NCBI GenBank assembly: GCA_951406725.2
Contig: OX597816.1
Location: 36,828,001 to 36,892,000, forward strand
Source: Octopus vulgaris
Lineage: Eukaryota
Reading direction: 5' to 3'
Length of the DNA stretch: 64,000 bases
Shown piece by piece: positions 26,870-41,371 of the stretch. Position 1 is the stretch's first letter. Every line of letters starts with the position of its first letter. The notes under the pieces were generated by a model that was given only the letters and a program-made list of their open reading frames with translations, ran no database searches and was not told the origin of the DNA. Position numbers and translations under genes: made by a program.

Positions 26870-27722
26870 CGTGAACTTTCCATTCGGTACAAGTTGTTTC
26901 CATTTGTCAGAATATTTAAGCTTATTATCAGAAAGCTGAAATACAATAAAGGTTGTCCAAGTGGGCGCATACCCTTACTAAGAATTAATACAATCACTTA
27001 GAAGGAAATTAGCAACTTGTTGCTTGGTCAATACACAAAAAGCCATTGCATGTCAAACATATATCGACTAATGAAAAGATAGGTCGAAAGTAAATCGTAT
27101 GAGAGTGTGCCTGGTTAATGGCTTTTCTCGGTTTGAAGTTATAATATCAATAACACGAAATATACACTATTCTGTAGCAGTATAATTTGATCTCAGAAAG
27201 GTGATTAATTATTAACCCCACCTATGGTTTCCTAGTTGCGATCTGCGAAATATTCACAACGTTCTGTTTAGATATATCAATTGCGTCTTATGCCTGTCGC
27301 AGCTCTTCTGTTTATAGGCATGATATCTATAATAGTTCCACTTGTAAACATACAGCTTATATATTCTCGTTTACAATAGTAAGTGACGCTAATACAAACG
27401 TAAAACGCAATTAGATTGTTAACGATATAAGAAAATGTATTGACAATACATTCAAGCACGAAAATCAGGTGTTCTTTGAATGTGCAACTTACACTGGTGT
27501 GGGGGCAGAATTTGACAAACTCATCGTTTATATTTGATATTTGAATGCAGAAATCTAGACAGTACTTCAGACGCCAAATACTTAAAAACTACATACATAC
27601 ACCCACTCGTTATATCTTTCTCTTCCCTCCCAATCCCCTCTCTCGCTCTCCTTCTTTATCTCTCACTTTCTCCCTCTCTCTCTATATATATATATGTGTA
27701 TATATATATTAAATATATATAT

Positions 27723-27764
<42 letters not shown>

Positions 27765-27791
27765 GTCTGTGTGTGTGTGTGTGTGAGCACG

Positions 27792-27825
<34 letters not shown>

Positions 27826-28347
27826 CAACAGTATGTCTACATACACATTAAACTCTATTGTAGATTTGAATTCTATAGTATGTGCTCATTAGTTTAAAAT
27901 ATTATGCTTTTCAATTTCACTTTATTTTTGGCAAACATGGAACGGAAGAAAGTAAAGTGCCAAAGAAAACGCAGACGGAAGAGAGAAAAAAGAAAATAGA
28001 CGAAAGAAAAACAGAGATATATATATATCCGGGTGGCGATATTTTACGGATGTAACTATCAATGTCGTTAGCTATAGTTAGATGTATGTAGGAGAGTATG
28101 TGTGGGCGAAGAAATACATATGTTTGCTTCTAAACCCATATGTGTAGATTGTTGTGTATAATCTATAAAATAAATGTGTGTACGAATATTTGTATGCATG
28201 TTGTATGCAGGTATATGTATCTATACATACGTGTGTGTGTGTGATTTAGTGAGTGAACGTGTGTATATCTTCTATATTTTAATTATCATACATCTTCTAC
28301 TGCTGAGGGGGCCAGTTTACAACAAAGATACAAGGATTTATCTTCGG

Positions 28348-28548
28348 TATGCATGTATGCATGTATGTATGTATGTATGTATGTATGTATGTATGTATGT
28401 GTATGCATGTATGTATGTATGTATGTATGTATGTATGTATGTATGTATGTATGTATGTATGTATGTGTGTATGTATGTATGTATGTATGTATGTATGTGT
28501 GTATGTATGTATGTATGTATGTGTGTATGTATGTATGTATGTGTGTGT
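28348..28548. repeat. (TATG)n microsatellite
   Basis: Direct reading. Confidence 0.97.
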
Positions 28549-28949
28549 CTATGTATATATAGATACGGTAAATTATGTGTTTCGTGAAAATGTGAAGGTC
28601 AGCCTCGATCAAATTGAATGTCCGATTGCTTTTGTTCTATGCCAATGGCATTGTTGTTTTATAGTTTCAGTTCATGGCATTTCATTACCATTGTATAATA
28701 CATCATTTGATTCATTCACTTTATCTCCCCGATTTTCTTGCATTCCTGGACTTTGACATCTTGTCATGATACCATTGCTCTGCGTTTAGTTTTGAGACTG
28801 CGCTGAAGCTGATTAGAGTGATAGGTAGACAGTATCTTACGATAAGACACCGGAAACCATACTATCATAGGTTGCAGAATTTATATCTGCTTGCATGTGT
28901 ATGTATACGTATACATACATACATATATACATACTTATACATGTATATG

Positions 28950-29002
<53 letters not shown>

Positions 29003-29025
29003 GAATATTTCTCTCTTACTGTGTA

Positions 29026-29105
<80 letters not shown>

Positions 29106-29252
29106 TAAAATGTGTGTCTGTGTGAATGTGTGCATCACTAAAACACATACACTGCTTCGGCATTACGTGGCAAGTGTGAAACAATAACATACCAATTGTA
29201 AAGTGAGAACATAGTTCCAGCTTTAATAGTTTCACTATTAATACAATCACTA

Positions 29253-29284
<32 letters not shown>

Positions 29285-29286
<2 letters not shown>

Positions 29287-30212
29287 ATTAATAATATAAG
29301 GGTAAATAATAGTTAATTTTAAAAATTAACAATTATCACCGATAGATTCGGTATGGAAATATAACCATTATCGGTAGGAACTTTTACAAAAAGTTCTTAA
29401 TATATATATAAACGAATAGGGTTAAGCAACAAGTTTGCTTAGCCACATACCGAAAATTTAGAAATAGCAGTCAAAGACCGCTTATTCCTATTTTCTACAA
29501 ATATAGCTCCACATATAACATTTACTTGTAACTCACATATGCGAAAAGAAGGAAAAGTAACAAAAACAAACAGTCTTCGGTTAGTTGTGGATGCGCGTTG
29601 GTGTTAGAATTATAAAGAACTCATTCCCGTCTTCGGCATACCATTCCATTAAGTTATAGATTTGCAAATGCTATTTACCTACCTCTTGCATCCCGATCCC
29701 TCGCTATCGGAGATAGCAGGAGAGAGTCAGCACAAACCAAATCCATATAGACGAATGAATTCGTATTCCCTCCAAAATTACCATGTGTGTTACAAAAGTA
29801 GCACCCCAGAAAGAGAACTGTGGTTTGTTATAAGGGAGTGGAACATTTTATTATTAATAATATAAGATGTACTTGCGTAGCAAGTGATTTGATCTGAGTT
29901 CGTGTGCTGAAACGAAAACAATTGCAGCGTGGAAGGTGTTTGTAAACCATTTAAGAAACACATAAAAGCCGTTCGATTCACGGTTGCAGCACGGAGTTTT
30001 ATCAGTGAACAGGTCGCGGTCTTAAAGCGACGAACATATTTTGACAAATTAAACTTAAATGTTGAAGTGAATCGAACGGCTTTGGTATATAATTATTAAT
30101 TTTAAAAATTAACAATTATTACATGAGTAGATTCGGTATAGGAATATAACCATTATCGGTAGGAACTTGCTTAGCCACATACCGAAAATTTAGAAATAGC
30201 AGTCAAAGGCCT
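29285..30212. mobile_element. Cluster of (TA)n-anchored short retroelement tails with partial tandem duplication
   Basis: 29312-29478 recurs with a deletion at 30095-30211; 29864-30083 is a second copy of the 9314-9649 family with an internal inversion. Confidence 0.75.
29998..30048 (+). ncRNA. G3:C8 hammerhead variant, second locus (partly decayed)
   Basis: UUUAUCA-GUGAACA-G-GUCGC-ggucuuaaa-GCGAC-GAACAUAUUU-UGACAAA; loop II differs from the 9518 copy while stem II is conserved. Confidence 0.55.
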
Positions 30213-30514
30213 AATTCATTTCACTCCCTCCACTTTTATCTACCATAAAACATGACATCAAAACAAACTGATAACTGTTGTATAAGTTATATAAGTTTAT
30301 GAATAAAAACCCACCCAAAAGATTATACTGTTAACCTAATAATGAATGAATTACAGAAGATTTAACATAAGAATTATTTTGTAGGGTCTTACGAGGGTCA
30401 TTGCCGTTATGACCTTCGACTGAATAATGAACCGTTTCTTATACGATCAAATTGATTATAATATACTTTTATTAAAAGGATCTTTTTCATTCGCTTCCAT
30501 TCTTATAATGTAAA

Positions 30515-31316
30515 CTAGCTTAAGGTGACCCGCTCTACGCGTGGGTGAGAGTGTGGCTGTTACTTTCTGTTTCTTGCTTTCTGATTTTTATCACCACATT
30601 CTCCCTCTTTGTTTCTCTCTCCTTTCTCTCTCACTTTCCCACTCTCTTACTCTTCCTTTATCTCGGACTCTCCTTCGCTTTCTCTTACACTCTATCTTTC
30701 TCTATCTATCTGTCTCCCATTTATAAGCAACAAAAGATCTTGAGTAAGTTGAGAAATAAAATATGTTGCAAGATCAATCATAAATATCAGGCAGTGACAA
30801 CGGAAATGGCTGATTCAAGGCAGACAGCAAAACACTAACATTTAAAAGGGACTGACGAACTTACGAGCTCAACAAAAATAAAAAAATATTGGAAACCAAA
30901 GTTTGAAGGGATAGAATCTGAGGATAGTAGAGTTACCATGGCTGGCATTTCTTAACAACGGACAGCAACGTAGTGGTAGTTTAATGGCTGGCGTAAAATT
31001 TTGAACTTGATGTAAAAGAAAATTCCTAAACACCAAATTTTGAAGTGATTCTTTCTCACGACAGTAGACTCACCATGGCAAGCATTCAAAACTTCATCAT
31101 GGACGACAACACATTGATAATTTAAAGGCTGGCGCAAATTTTTTAGCTTGATGTAGTAGAGAATTCCTAAACGCCCGGTCCTGTAAATTTTAATCCCCTT
31201 CCAGCCACATTTAGACCCTTTTTCACATGTTAGTTAATATAACCCGATTTCACTCGGGTCTACTCGGGCCACATTTTATAAGATGAGGAACCTCAACCGA
31301 CCACATAATGCACACA

Positions 31317-31371
<55 letters not shown>

Positions 31372-31908
31372 CAGATATATACACTTTGTATATATACATT
31401 ATATATACATATTTATATATATAAAACACACACACAAACAAACACAAATATATAAATTAACCCAATAAATATCCTGATTCATATTTGTTCTCATGATTGT
31501 GTGGTGGTGGTGGTGGTGGCGATGATAATTCTCTCTATGAATGCAGACAGACATACAGAGAGTCAGAGAGAGGGAGGCGGTGGAGGAAAGAGGGACAGCG
31601 CTGGCGAAGGCGGCGGGGGAAAATAGTAGTATCTGTCAAACGTCGTTATAGAGAGAAGGTGATGGGAAGGGAGGAAACAGAGAGAGAGAGACGGAGGAAG
31701 ACATGCAGATAAGAGAATGAGAGGAGACTTGTCAATGTATGCGTTTTTTGCCCTAGTAACGACATCTTTTAAGATAGGGATTTCTAATCTAGCTCACTCA
31801 CATCCTCACGTCATATTACATGTCCCTGTAAATTTTGGGGTCAATCCGTTCCAATGCCAAAACCAGACAAACAAACTTTTCGCATTTCAGATTTATAGAC
31901 ATTGATGA
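30515..31908 (-). mobile_element. Non-autonomous Helitron(s) with two 3' ends
   Basis: Minus-strand hairpin acccacgcgtagagcgggt then CTAG|T at 30515; second hairpin acccgagtgaaatcgggt then CTAA at ~31230; Helitron-like 5' region near 31830-31908; internal ~100-bp duplication (30936-31034 / 31071-31176). Confidence 0.65.
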
Positions 31909-32029
31909 TAACGGTCTGACTGCAACAGTGAGCTATTGCATGCTTAAAATCTATTTGGGGAAAAGTTTGGGAATTTTCTCACACAGGCTGGTCATCAATA
32001 AATATAGTTTCTGATACACATATGTACGC

Positions 32030-34092
32030 GCAACAACCCACTAACTAATCGATTCTTTGTTCAATAAGCTGGTTAAAAATTCGTCAGCGTTAGTGTAAAG
32101 CGAGAGAACGGGAAAAGAAGGACAAAATGCTCAACGAATGGAAGTTAGAATCTAGAGGTGGTTGGTTTTCAAACTAAGTCCTTTCATCGCTATCGTTACC
32201 ACTTCAATAACTTGACTCTTCTCTTCGAGATCTACTCCGAATTTTTCCGAAAATTAGTTTTATGGCTCTATGTATGTTTGCCTGTAAGTGTATGTATGTA
32301 AGGATTTGTTTGCTTAAAAGTGAAGGTAAGAGCGAGAGTAAAAATGTTTGTGTGTGTGTGTGTGTTTGTGCGCGAGAGTATGTGTGTGTGTTGGTGTGTA
32401 CGTGTACTCGCATTACTCCTTGCGAGTGTGTTTATGTTTGTGAGTCTGTGTGAATTAGCCATTCGTAACTTCTTAAAGAAATCTGCCTTTTCTTCAAGCA
32501 CAGTTCGGCCACAAATATTCAGGCTCTCGCTTCTCATTTCGTAATGATTTATGGGTGAGGTTTCCTATATAGGAGGAAGGTGTGAAGAACAGTGTGAATA
32601 ATTCCACGCGTTGTGTGTGCTTGTGCATGCGACCGTATCGACCCGTGTGCGTAATTGTGTGGTTTAGTCTGTTCTGTGAGTGAGTGTATATATTTCTTTA
32701 CTTCCCACAAGGGGCTAAACACAGAGGGGACAAACAAGAACAGACAAAGGGATTAAGTCGATTACATCGACCCCAGTGTGTAACTGGTACTTAATTTATC
32801 GACCCCGGAAGGATGAAAGGCAAAGTCGACCTCGGCGGAATTTGATCTCAGAACGTAACGGCAGACGAAATATCGCTAAGCATTTCACCCAGCGTGCTAA
32901 CGTTTCTGCCAGCTCGTGAGTGAGTGTATATGTTTGTATGTGTATGAATGTAGGTTTTTGCTTTCGTAACTGCACACCAGTATGTGTGTGCACGTATCTG
33001 CATGTGCATGCGGCGTGGTTATTTTTTTCGATCGGTAATGCCCAGACCATGCAAAAGCACATCAATAATGTGAGAGTGGTCGCACCACACGAAGATAAAA
33101 GTGGAAGGAAACGTCTCAGTGCACACATGGGAATGTAGTGCAGTATAGGAATGTGGTGCAATCTTAAAAGGAGACTGCTTAAATTTTCCAGGCCTTAGGT
33201 ATTGCGGAAGGATCATAGACCCTTCACAGATCTTGTTACTCCGCCCGCTCAATCCGAATTTAAGAACAGGTTACGCATGGCTAACGCACACAGACTCACA
33301 TACATAAACATACATTCAAGTCGTCATGGTGGTGTACATACACGTGCCGATGATCACGCACGACCGCGCACACACACAAACTGTTTTTTATCTCGTCGTT
33401 ACCTTGTCCTCTAAGAAAACACACATCTGGACACACGTATACAGGCAAACGTGCACAAATGTATAAAACTGATTCTCGGACAGAGTAGATCTTCAAGATA
33501 GAGGTCAAGTTATCTAAGAGGTCGCGAATAACGATGAAAGACTTTCACTGACAAACAACCGATTTGATTTTTTAACCAGCACATTAATCAAACAATCGAT
33601 TTGATAGTTGGTTGAATATTTAACCACTTGACTAACAATAAAAATGTAATCTTGGACCAGGACGTCTGTTATAATAATTAGTATAATAACCCCACCTAGG
33701 ACACTAGAAATTTGAGAATCCTCCGCCTAGTAGGATTGAGAGAAGAAATTATTGAGATCAACCCCTTCGAAAACTACAAAATGCAACTTCTGAAATTGCA
33801 CAATACATTTTTGGCTTTTATTGAGATGGGAACAATTTTGTGCTTTATCGGCAACTTTGCTTAAATACCATTATAGTGTGTCTAACAATATCCTTTCATT
33901 TAAGAAACCATATCTTCCTCTTTGTGCAATGTATTGATTTCATCTTCCTTCAGCCTTTTTATTAACGCCATCAGTTTATTGTTGACATTTCGGACAACCG
34001 TCAATCGCAGACGCTCCAGATTCTAACTTTCATTCGTTAAGTATTTTATCTTTCTTTTCCCGTTCTCTCACTTTACACTAACCCTGACGAAT
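32030..34092. repeat. Diverged inverted duplication flanking the start of a PLE relic
   Basis: 32160-32478 is an inverted match to 33259-33560; 32030-32078 to 33568-33616; 32079-32157 to 34013-34092. Confidence 0.75.
32692..32915 (-). mobile_element. tRNA-derived SINE (family B) with 16-bp TSD
   Basis: TSD gtgagtgagtgtatat at 32676-32691 and 32916-32931; head gagctggcagaaacgttagc. Confidence 0.92.
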
Positions 34093-34249
34093 ACTCACTA
34101 TTCCCCAGAGTGTGCAAGAATACAGACACACACTAATATCTGCATTTTTTTTTATCTTGCCATCCTTCCCGTACAAAATACAATGTACGTATATATTCAA
34201 TAGTTATAGATATAAATAGACAAGAGTAAAAGACTGGTGGAAGTAAATA

Positions 34250-35040
34250 AGATCAACAACAGAAATGCCTAAAAAAGTTTCTAAATCATGCTATGGTCAA
34301 AGCGGAAGTAATCCCGATGTATACCTTACTGAGAAACAATCATTCTAAGGCTGAAAACTAAAATACAAATATAAATATTTCATTTGAAGTCACCCATAAT
34401 CCTAGGAACCGTAACATACTACATTCAGCCAAATGATACCTCCCAATCCAACATCAACCATCAAATATGAGACAAATAATTAAAATGTCACAAACCATCA
34501 ACAGTAGAAGACAACATCAATTCTTAAAGGCTTCTAAAAAAAGAAGGTGAGATTCACACCGGAGAAAGAAATAATACAAGTAACAAACTTCGAGGACACT
34601 TGCTGTGGAGTATGTGAAATACTTGAGCAAGAAACGACCAAAATTTAAAGGAATTGAAGGTGAAAGGAAATATGGATTACAAAATAAAAATACCTTATCT
34701 GTTGCATAAAATTAACAATGAAATAAGAATTACATTGGAGAAACAGGGACAAGATTAAACAGTCGTTTAAACGTGCGTAAACGACAAATAAACGATTCAC
34801 CTTTAGACACTTGCGCAAGTGGTAAATTTCAAATATTCACGTTTTACATTATGAAAACGATCAACTACCAAAGGCAAATGAACTAAACTTTATAAGAATT
34901 CTAAATGCGAACGAAACCGGAAAGAGTGAATAATTTAAAATATTCCCCTTTTACAAATTTTAATATGAAAACGATAATCTACGAAATACAAAAGAAGAAT
35001 TATTTATAAAAGTTCTAAATCCGAAACTAAACCGGAAATA
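34250..35040 (+). pseudogene. Decayed PLE (Neptune-like) linker and GIY-YIG endonuclease
   Basis: Broken-frame motifs VTHNPRN (34388), SRRQ (34503), CCGVCEIL (34600), NYIGETGTRLNSRLNVRKRQI (34728). Confidence 0.7.
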
Positions 35041-35660
35041 GTTAACACCATCACAAAATGCAGTTTCCTCTATGCATCAGCCCGGAAACATGCGTTTGAA
35101 AAGTCGAAAAATGTAAAGCGCTTACCAGAAAATACACACTTGACATAAAATAAACATTGTGTACGAATTTCTTCTGCAAAGGTTAGGAACATTCTGTTAA
35201 ATAAAAGAAATGTTCTAAAATAGTGAATAACATCTTTGAAAGATCTATTTGTGATTATTGTAAGTATATGAAGTAATCATTTATAAACGTTCATATGTAC
35301 GTATATAAATATACATATGCGTGTATGAGTGTGTGAGTGTGTATGCATGTATGTATGTGTGTGTGTGTGTGTGTGAGTGTGTGAGTGTTTTGTATGTGTG
35401 CGTGTATGGAATTACTAATTTTACTGCTGACAACGAATATTGAATTATATAAGTGGAGTGCAAATTAATATCTGACAAAGAAAATACAAATATGATCGAA
35501 TAATTTATTGAAGACATTCATATTGTTATTATTTGAAAGCAAAATGAAAGTTTAATTAAATTTGTATTTCTTACGTTTTGCAATATTGGCTCTTGCAAAT
35601 TTTGAATGTCAGCATGATTGAATGGTAAAATACATACGTCAGTGCAAATATTATATTTAA

Positions 35661-35734
<74 letters not shown>

Positions 35735-36553
35735 GTACAGGATTCCCAGTCACATGGCTGCATATTCAGTTGCACTGTGTGGATCTTTGAGCAAGTGTAT
35801 TCTCCTATAGCCTCGGACCGGCTAATATATATATATATATATATATAGACAGACAGAGAGAGTGAGAGACAGAGAGAGAGAGAAAGAGAGAGAGATACAT
35901 ACATACATAGATTCAGTTGAATATGGTACTTATGTTATGGTACTGCATTACCTCTGGATATCCTTGTTGCTTATTTTGATATACATATATATCCTTTAAG
36001 GCGGCGCTCCAGCGTGGCTGCAATCAAATGCCTGAAACAATTAAAAGAAGAAAAGAATAAAAACAATTTAAATGTAAATTATATATACATCAGAAATGGA
36101 AGAAAAAATTTCTTATACAAAAATATATCATTCAGAGCTGATCGCAATCTGTTGCTTTAATTGAATTTCTCATATTTCATTCCTTGTGGAATCATGTACT
36201 TTCTGAAGACGTATGTCTTGGTTAATGAGTTTACAAATGCACACACCTTCACTCTATAAGATGTCCATGGAGCAATACTTATATCATTATTTTTCAAAAT
36301 CTGTTACATTTTAGAATATTAAACGCCATTGTTTGATAAGAGCATATGATATGTTTTCATGTTCAAGAGTTGCACCATATCATTTTAAAATTGTATTCAT
36401 AGACATGGCTGTGTTGTTAAGATGCTTGCTTCGCAATCACATGGTTTGGCTTCAAACCTACTGCACGGCGTTTTGGGTATGTGTCTTCTGCTGTAGTTTC
36501 AGGCCAACCAATGCCCTCTGAGTGAATTTGCTACACAGAAACTTTGAGAAAGC

Positions 36554-36617
<64 letters not shown>

Positions 36618-36682
36618 GTATATATATATATTTGTATATATATTTGTGTGCGTATGTGCTTGTGTTTCTATGTACATATATT

Positions 36683-36723
<41 letters not shown>

Positions 36724-37253
36724 TGGCGGGTGTTTGAATTGAGAAATATGTTACGAGAAGATTTATTAGACAACTTATGATTGTACTACAAGTTAAAGCA
36801 TTTCCTCTCTCTGTCTTTCTCTCTTTCTCACTCTCTCTCACTTTTGTCCTCTCTCTCTCTCTCTCTCTCCCTCTCTCTCGAGATGACATATTATAATCGC
36901 ATAATAAAACTGATAAAAATAGAAAGAGCGTTTGATAACGGATCTGCTAGAGAAAGATAGAGAAACTAATACCTAACTTGAATATAAGAACAATAAGAAG
37001 TTAAATGGGTCGCATCTCGTGAGCGTTAAATAAATAAGTTGGTAGAGGAAACAGAGAAGAAAAGATTACAAGATGGAGACAGATTACCTTACAGATGTCA
37101 AAATGTAAATAAAGAAAGAAGAAACAGATGCTAGTCGAAATACTATGAAATGCAGAGTGTAAGAAAATGTAAATTGAGAGGATGAAAATCAACGCAAGAA
37201 AATACGGCGCAGTGCTGAAAGACTGTGACAGAACATCAAGAGCTCCTGGAAAT

Positions 37254-37640
37254 GGATGGAAGCACTCCGACGATTACGACGACGAGAGTTCCGGTTGATC
37301 CGATCAACGGAACAGCCTGCTTGTGAAATTAACGTGTAAGTGGCTGAGCACTCCACAGACACGTGTACCCTTAACGTAGTTCTCGGGGATATTCAGCGTG
37401 ACACAGAGAGTGACAAGGCCGGCTCTTTGAAATACAGGTACAAAAGAAACAGGAAGTAAGAGTGAGAGAAAGTTGTGGTGAAAGAGTACAGCAGGGATCA
37501 CCACCATCCCCTGCCGGAGCTTCGTTGAGCCTTAGGTGTTTTCGCTCAATAAACACTCACAACGCCCGGTCTGGGAATCGAAACCGCGATCCTACGACCG
37601 CGAGTCTGCTGCCCTAACCACTTGGCCATTGCGCCTCCAC
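37254..37640 (-). mobile_element. tRNA-derived SINE (family A) with 12-bp TSD
   Basis: Matches 5396-5781; TSD gct(c/t)ctggaaat at 37242-37253 and 37641-37652. Confidence 0.93.
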
Positions 37641-38077
37641 GCTTCTGGAAATATCTTCTGATTCATAATATGGTGAGAAAAACGTAGAACAATATTAATG
37701 TCGAGGTATGGATACCATGTCAGTTCTGACCGACCGAATCTGTTACACCTGAATGACAAACTGACTTATGATACAATGACTATTTAAACAAGGTATATTA
37801 CGTTGGAAAGAAATTCTAGAGTAATTAGAACACTTCATGCCAGGTTCCAATAGTCTCTGTTAAGTCAATTTCGAAGAAAATATCAGGTTGTATGATTCTT
37901 AATAGACCTTTTCAATTCACACTTATGAGAACCTTCGGAGGGAGGTGAATATTGTTTTAGAATTCCTGTATAAATTTAGTACTGAATATCAAGTATAAAT
38001 GAAGACGGTGGTTATCAAAGAGAGTATACATATATGTATATATGTATATACAATATATGTATATATACATATACAAG

Positions 38078-38272
38078 ACGCCATGATAGATCGTTAGCTA
38101 CTGCACGCATTTTTTTCTCTCCTTGTTTTTTTTTTCTGTGTCCCTTTCTGTAGAAGAACGTAGGCTCGAAACGTAAAAGACTTTTTCTATTCCTGAGCGC
38201 TATACTAATACATTTGTTTGTTTGTACTCCACCTGCCTTCGACTTTTCTTTATTTTCATAAACTTTCGCTTT
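38078..38272 (+). mobile_element. Short HHR-bearing repeat (family H); HHR motif at 38144-38179
   Basis: CUUU-CUGUAGAA-GAAC-guag-GCUC-GAAAC-GUA^AAAG; reverse complement of 23729-23937; ends at tatatatac. Confidence 0.72.
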
Positions 38273-38724
38273 ATATATACATATGTATATATTGATTCTG
38301 CGCGGACAATCATAATGCACATACAGCAAATATTTCAAATGAAAGATGATGTATATATGAACTAATGACAACACTGGAAATCCAAATGTGTAGCTTTCTA
38401 TATTTCTTGTGTCTATTAGAAATATGATAAAATTGAGCAAGCGACTGACTGGTTAGAATTTGAGATCATTCAGAATAAGAGAAAAGGAAACCTCGTTGAT
38501 CTGATAAAGAACATTTGTTTCCACTCATCTGGATTGCAGCTCTCAATTATGTTGGCTATAGTGCCACTACACTAGTAAACGTTTGCTAGTAAACGTTTCC
38601 TTACTGTTTCCATACACTTTACCCTCGAATCGCCTGGTATTGAACATCTATTATATTTATATATAATTTGTATTTTATCTAGTTTCAGCTCACGAACTGT
38701 GACCATGCTGGGGCACCGCCATTA

Positions 38725-39900
38725 TCTTTACTTCTTTTTAATCTTTATGGATGAGCACGATATCTGGTCATCTCACCTCTATGACTTGGTCGCAATGCGT
38801 GTTAAAATCCCAGAGTATTTTGTAATGTTTGGTTTCCATTACTCTCTCTGGCTTGTGTTCACATCACTATTCGGCTCTCTCGGCCACATTGTCGTGTCTC
38901 CTTTTGTATTCGCGTCGTGCGAGCTTACAGCACTCACTAACAATATAGCTTATACTTTCTTCATTCTAAGAGCATACCCTACACTGAGGTAAGTCAGTAC
39001 TTTTATCAATGTGATATTTGGAGTACTTTTATCAATGTGATATTTATGTACCTAATGCCACTGCTCTACGCTCTTACTATATCCTTCCCTGATCTATCTT
39101 TTGAGTTCTTCCTTGACTGTTGAAGTGCCGTCTCCCGCTATTCTAAATTCCACTTCCCTAATAAATACCAGATGTACGACCTTTTGCTCTAAACTGCATT
39201 CTTGGCCTCTTTATCAGCTCGTCTAGCTTTGAGAGGGCATTCCACATGATCCCCTTATCTATCGCGCGAAATGTGACGTCATCCAAAACGACTTCTTAAA
39301 GTGATTATATAAGGGTCATTTGCTATGAAAAGTGTGTTGCTTTCAAAACTATTCCCATGACTACAATAAACCATGTGACAGATATTGTGCAGCCAGCACA
39401 ATGCCGATATTAAGGCGTAATCCGTACGGATCTTCAGAAATTGTCCATGAGTCGATTTGCTTTCTTTACTTCACTCATATCGGTGAGTATTTCATTGTAG
39501 AGAGAGGCATTTTCTTTTCAAGACCTTGTAGAGCAGCGCGAGGTCAGGGTTTTCGTGGTACCCCGTACACTTCTGTTGCTTTCTTAAGAGGGTATTTTCC
39601 ATCCTCAGCTATTTCATTTTCCTGGTCCTCCTGCTTGTTCCATTCTGTCCTTTCATCACTTGGGTCACATATTTTTTCTGCAAAGAGTTCAATTCCCATA
39701 TTGCATATTGAGCTTGTCAGCTTTCACAATTTCTCTACTCTGGATCCTTTTATTTTATATAATGCTTTGCATAATTTGCTTTCGAAGTCTTTATACTTCA
39801 CTTTTTCACTAGCAGCAGGCCTCATAACCTTCGGTTTCTTGTGAGCATTATCATTATCTATAGTTTATCACCGGAAGAGGTCTTTTCTGTAGCATTTGTT
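38725..39900 (-). pseudogene. Heavily decayed R4/Dong-like (RLE-type) LINE
   Basis: Minus strand EYKRRHDNVA...EHKPERVMETKHYKILWDFNTHCDQVIEVR*PDIVLIHK (restriction-like endonuclease, 38735-38911); LDDV remnant at ~39280. Upstream limit uncertain. Confidence 0.7.
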
Positions 39901-41209
39901 GTTCCACTGCAGTTTACATCCGGGGATCATTTGCCTCATTTTACGATCAGATGACCCACAATGCTCTACCCTCTTACTACATCTTTCCCAGATGTGTCTT
40001 AAAGCCTCGCTTGGTAGCAAAGATCATACGGCACAGTTTGCATCCATAGTTGTTTGCAGTTTCTTTCAGTTTCAAAAGAGTAACCATATTCGGTTCCTAG
40101 CTCGTTTCGTTATTGGTCCCCAGTCTGGTTGATTCTCGATTCCCGCTATATATTCACCACTTCAGAGTAGATGTTGCGTTAAATGACACGAATACTACCA
40201 TATTTAGCAACACAGAAAACACTCTCATATGGTTTTCGGTGCATAAAAACAAACCATAGCTATTGCCAACGGTAGACAATCACCGCTACTTCTGCTTCCA
40301 GGACTACCAGCTCACGCGATTCCGTCCTCTTTTGGCCATGCGAATGGTAGATATCTGACCGCTACAAATAGCAATAACTACTGTGCTAGCGATATGCAAA
40401 GAATAATACACTTCAATCGGGCACAGGTTTCACTAAAAATCAGTGGGCTTAGAAATAGAGCAACAAAAGATGATAAACTATAGATAATGATAATGCTCAC
40501 AAAAAGATTCTTCTTTCTCTTTCACGCCGAACTTTGTCATAATCTACAGCGGTGTTTTGTTCTAATTTTCCTGAAGACTTTTACGTTTATTTTTTTATTA
40601 TAAACATTTCTTTTATGCCATTTGGTCTGCTTCATTTCGTTCTCTCTTAGTTGTGAATTACAACCCTATATTCGTTTCCGCTCGTGGTGTTTAATTTTTC
40701 CCCAGTGGTTCAAATACCAAAAGACAAAATATGCCCTTCGCCATGCTTCTTGACAAAGCCATCTTTAGATTTCTTTTGTTTTTTTTTTATTTTATTATCT
40801 CTATTGCTTAAACAGATATGGTTTTGATATTAGTTTTATTATCATTAGTATCATTAAGATTGCTTTAATTTGTAATTGCTATTGTTGTTTGCACTATTAT
40901 TCTGGTATTCCTTCTCAGTTTGCCTTTGTGTCGCCCAGAATCTAGTGAACTGATTGGTGGAGAGTAATTCATATGGTATATCTGAGGAACCGCAAAGACA
41001 CTCGACAGCACCGAATCACATTCCACCTGACGAAGCCCCAAAACACAGCTGCTCATGAAATATATTTAGTTATATAATTATAAAGAATAATCTTGTATTA
41101 TGATATATAAATGTAATCTCAGCAACTTAAAGTTTGTGACCGGTGCAGAAACAAATCTGATTTGCTAGTAAAACCAGCTGTTTTCCGGCTTCAAGTTATA
41201 TCATTCTTT

Positions 41210-41247
<38 letters not shown>

Positions 41248-41308
41248 TATATATATATAATTCCTAAAAGTTGATAAACCACCTATTGATTCATTCCGTT
41301 TTCCTATT

Positions 41309-41371
<63 letters not shown>

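Noticed and set aside
38997-39045. Small local duplications (23-bp here; also ~50863/50937 and ~48975/49311)
   Set aside because: Ordinary slippage or tandem duplications with no further structure.
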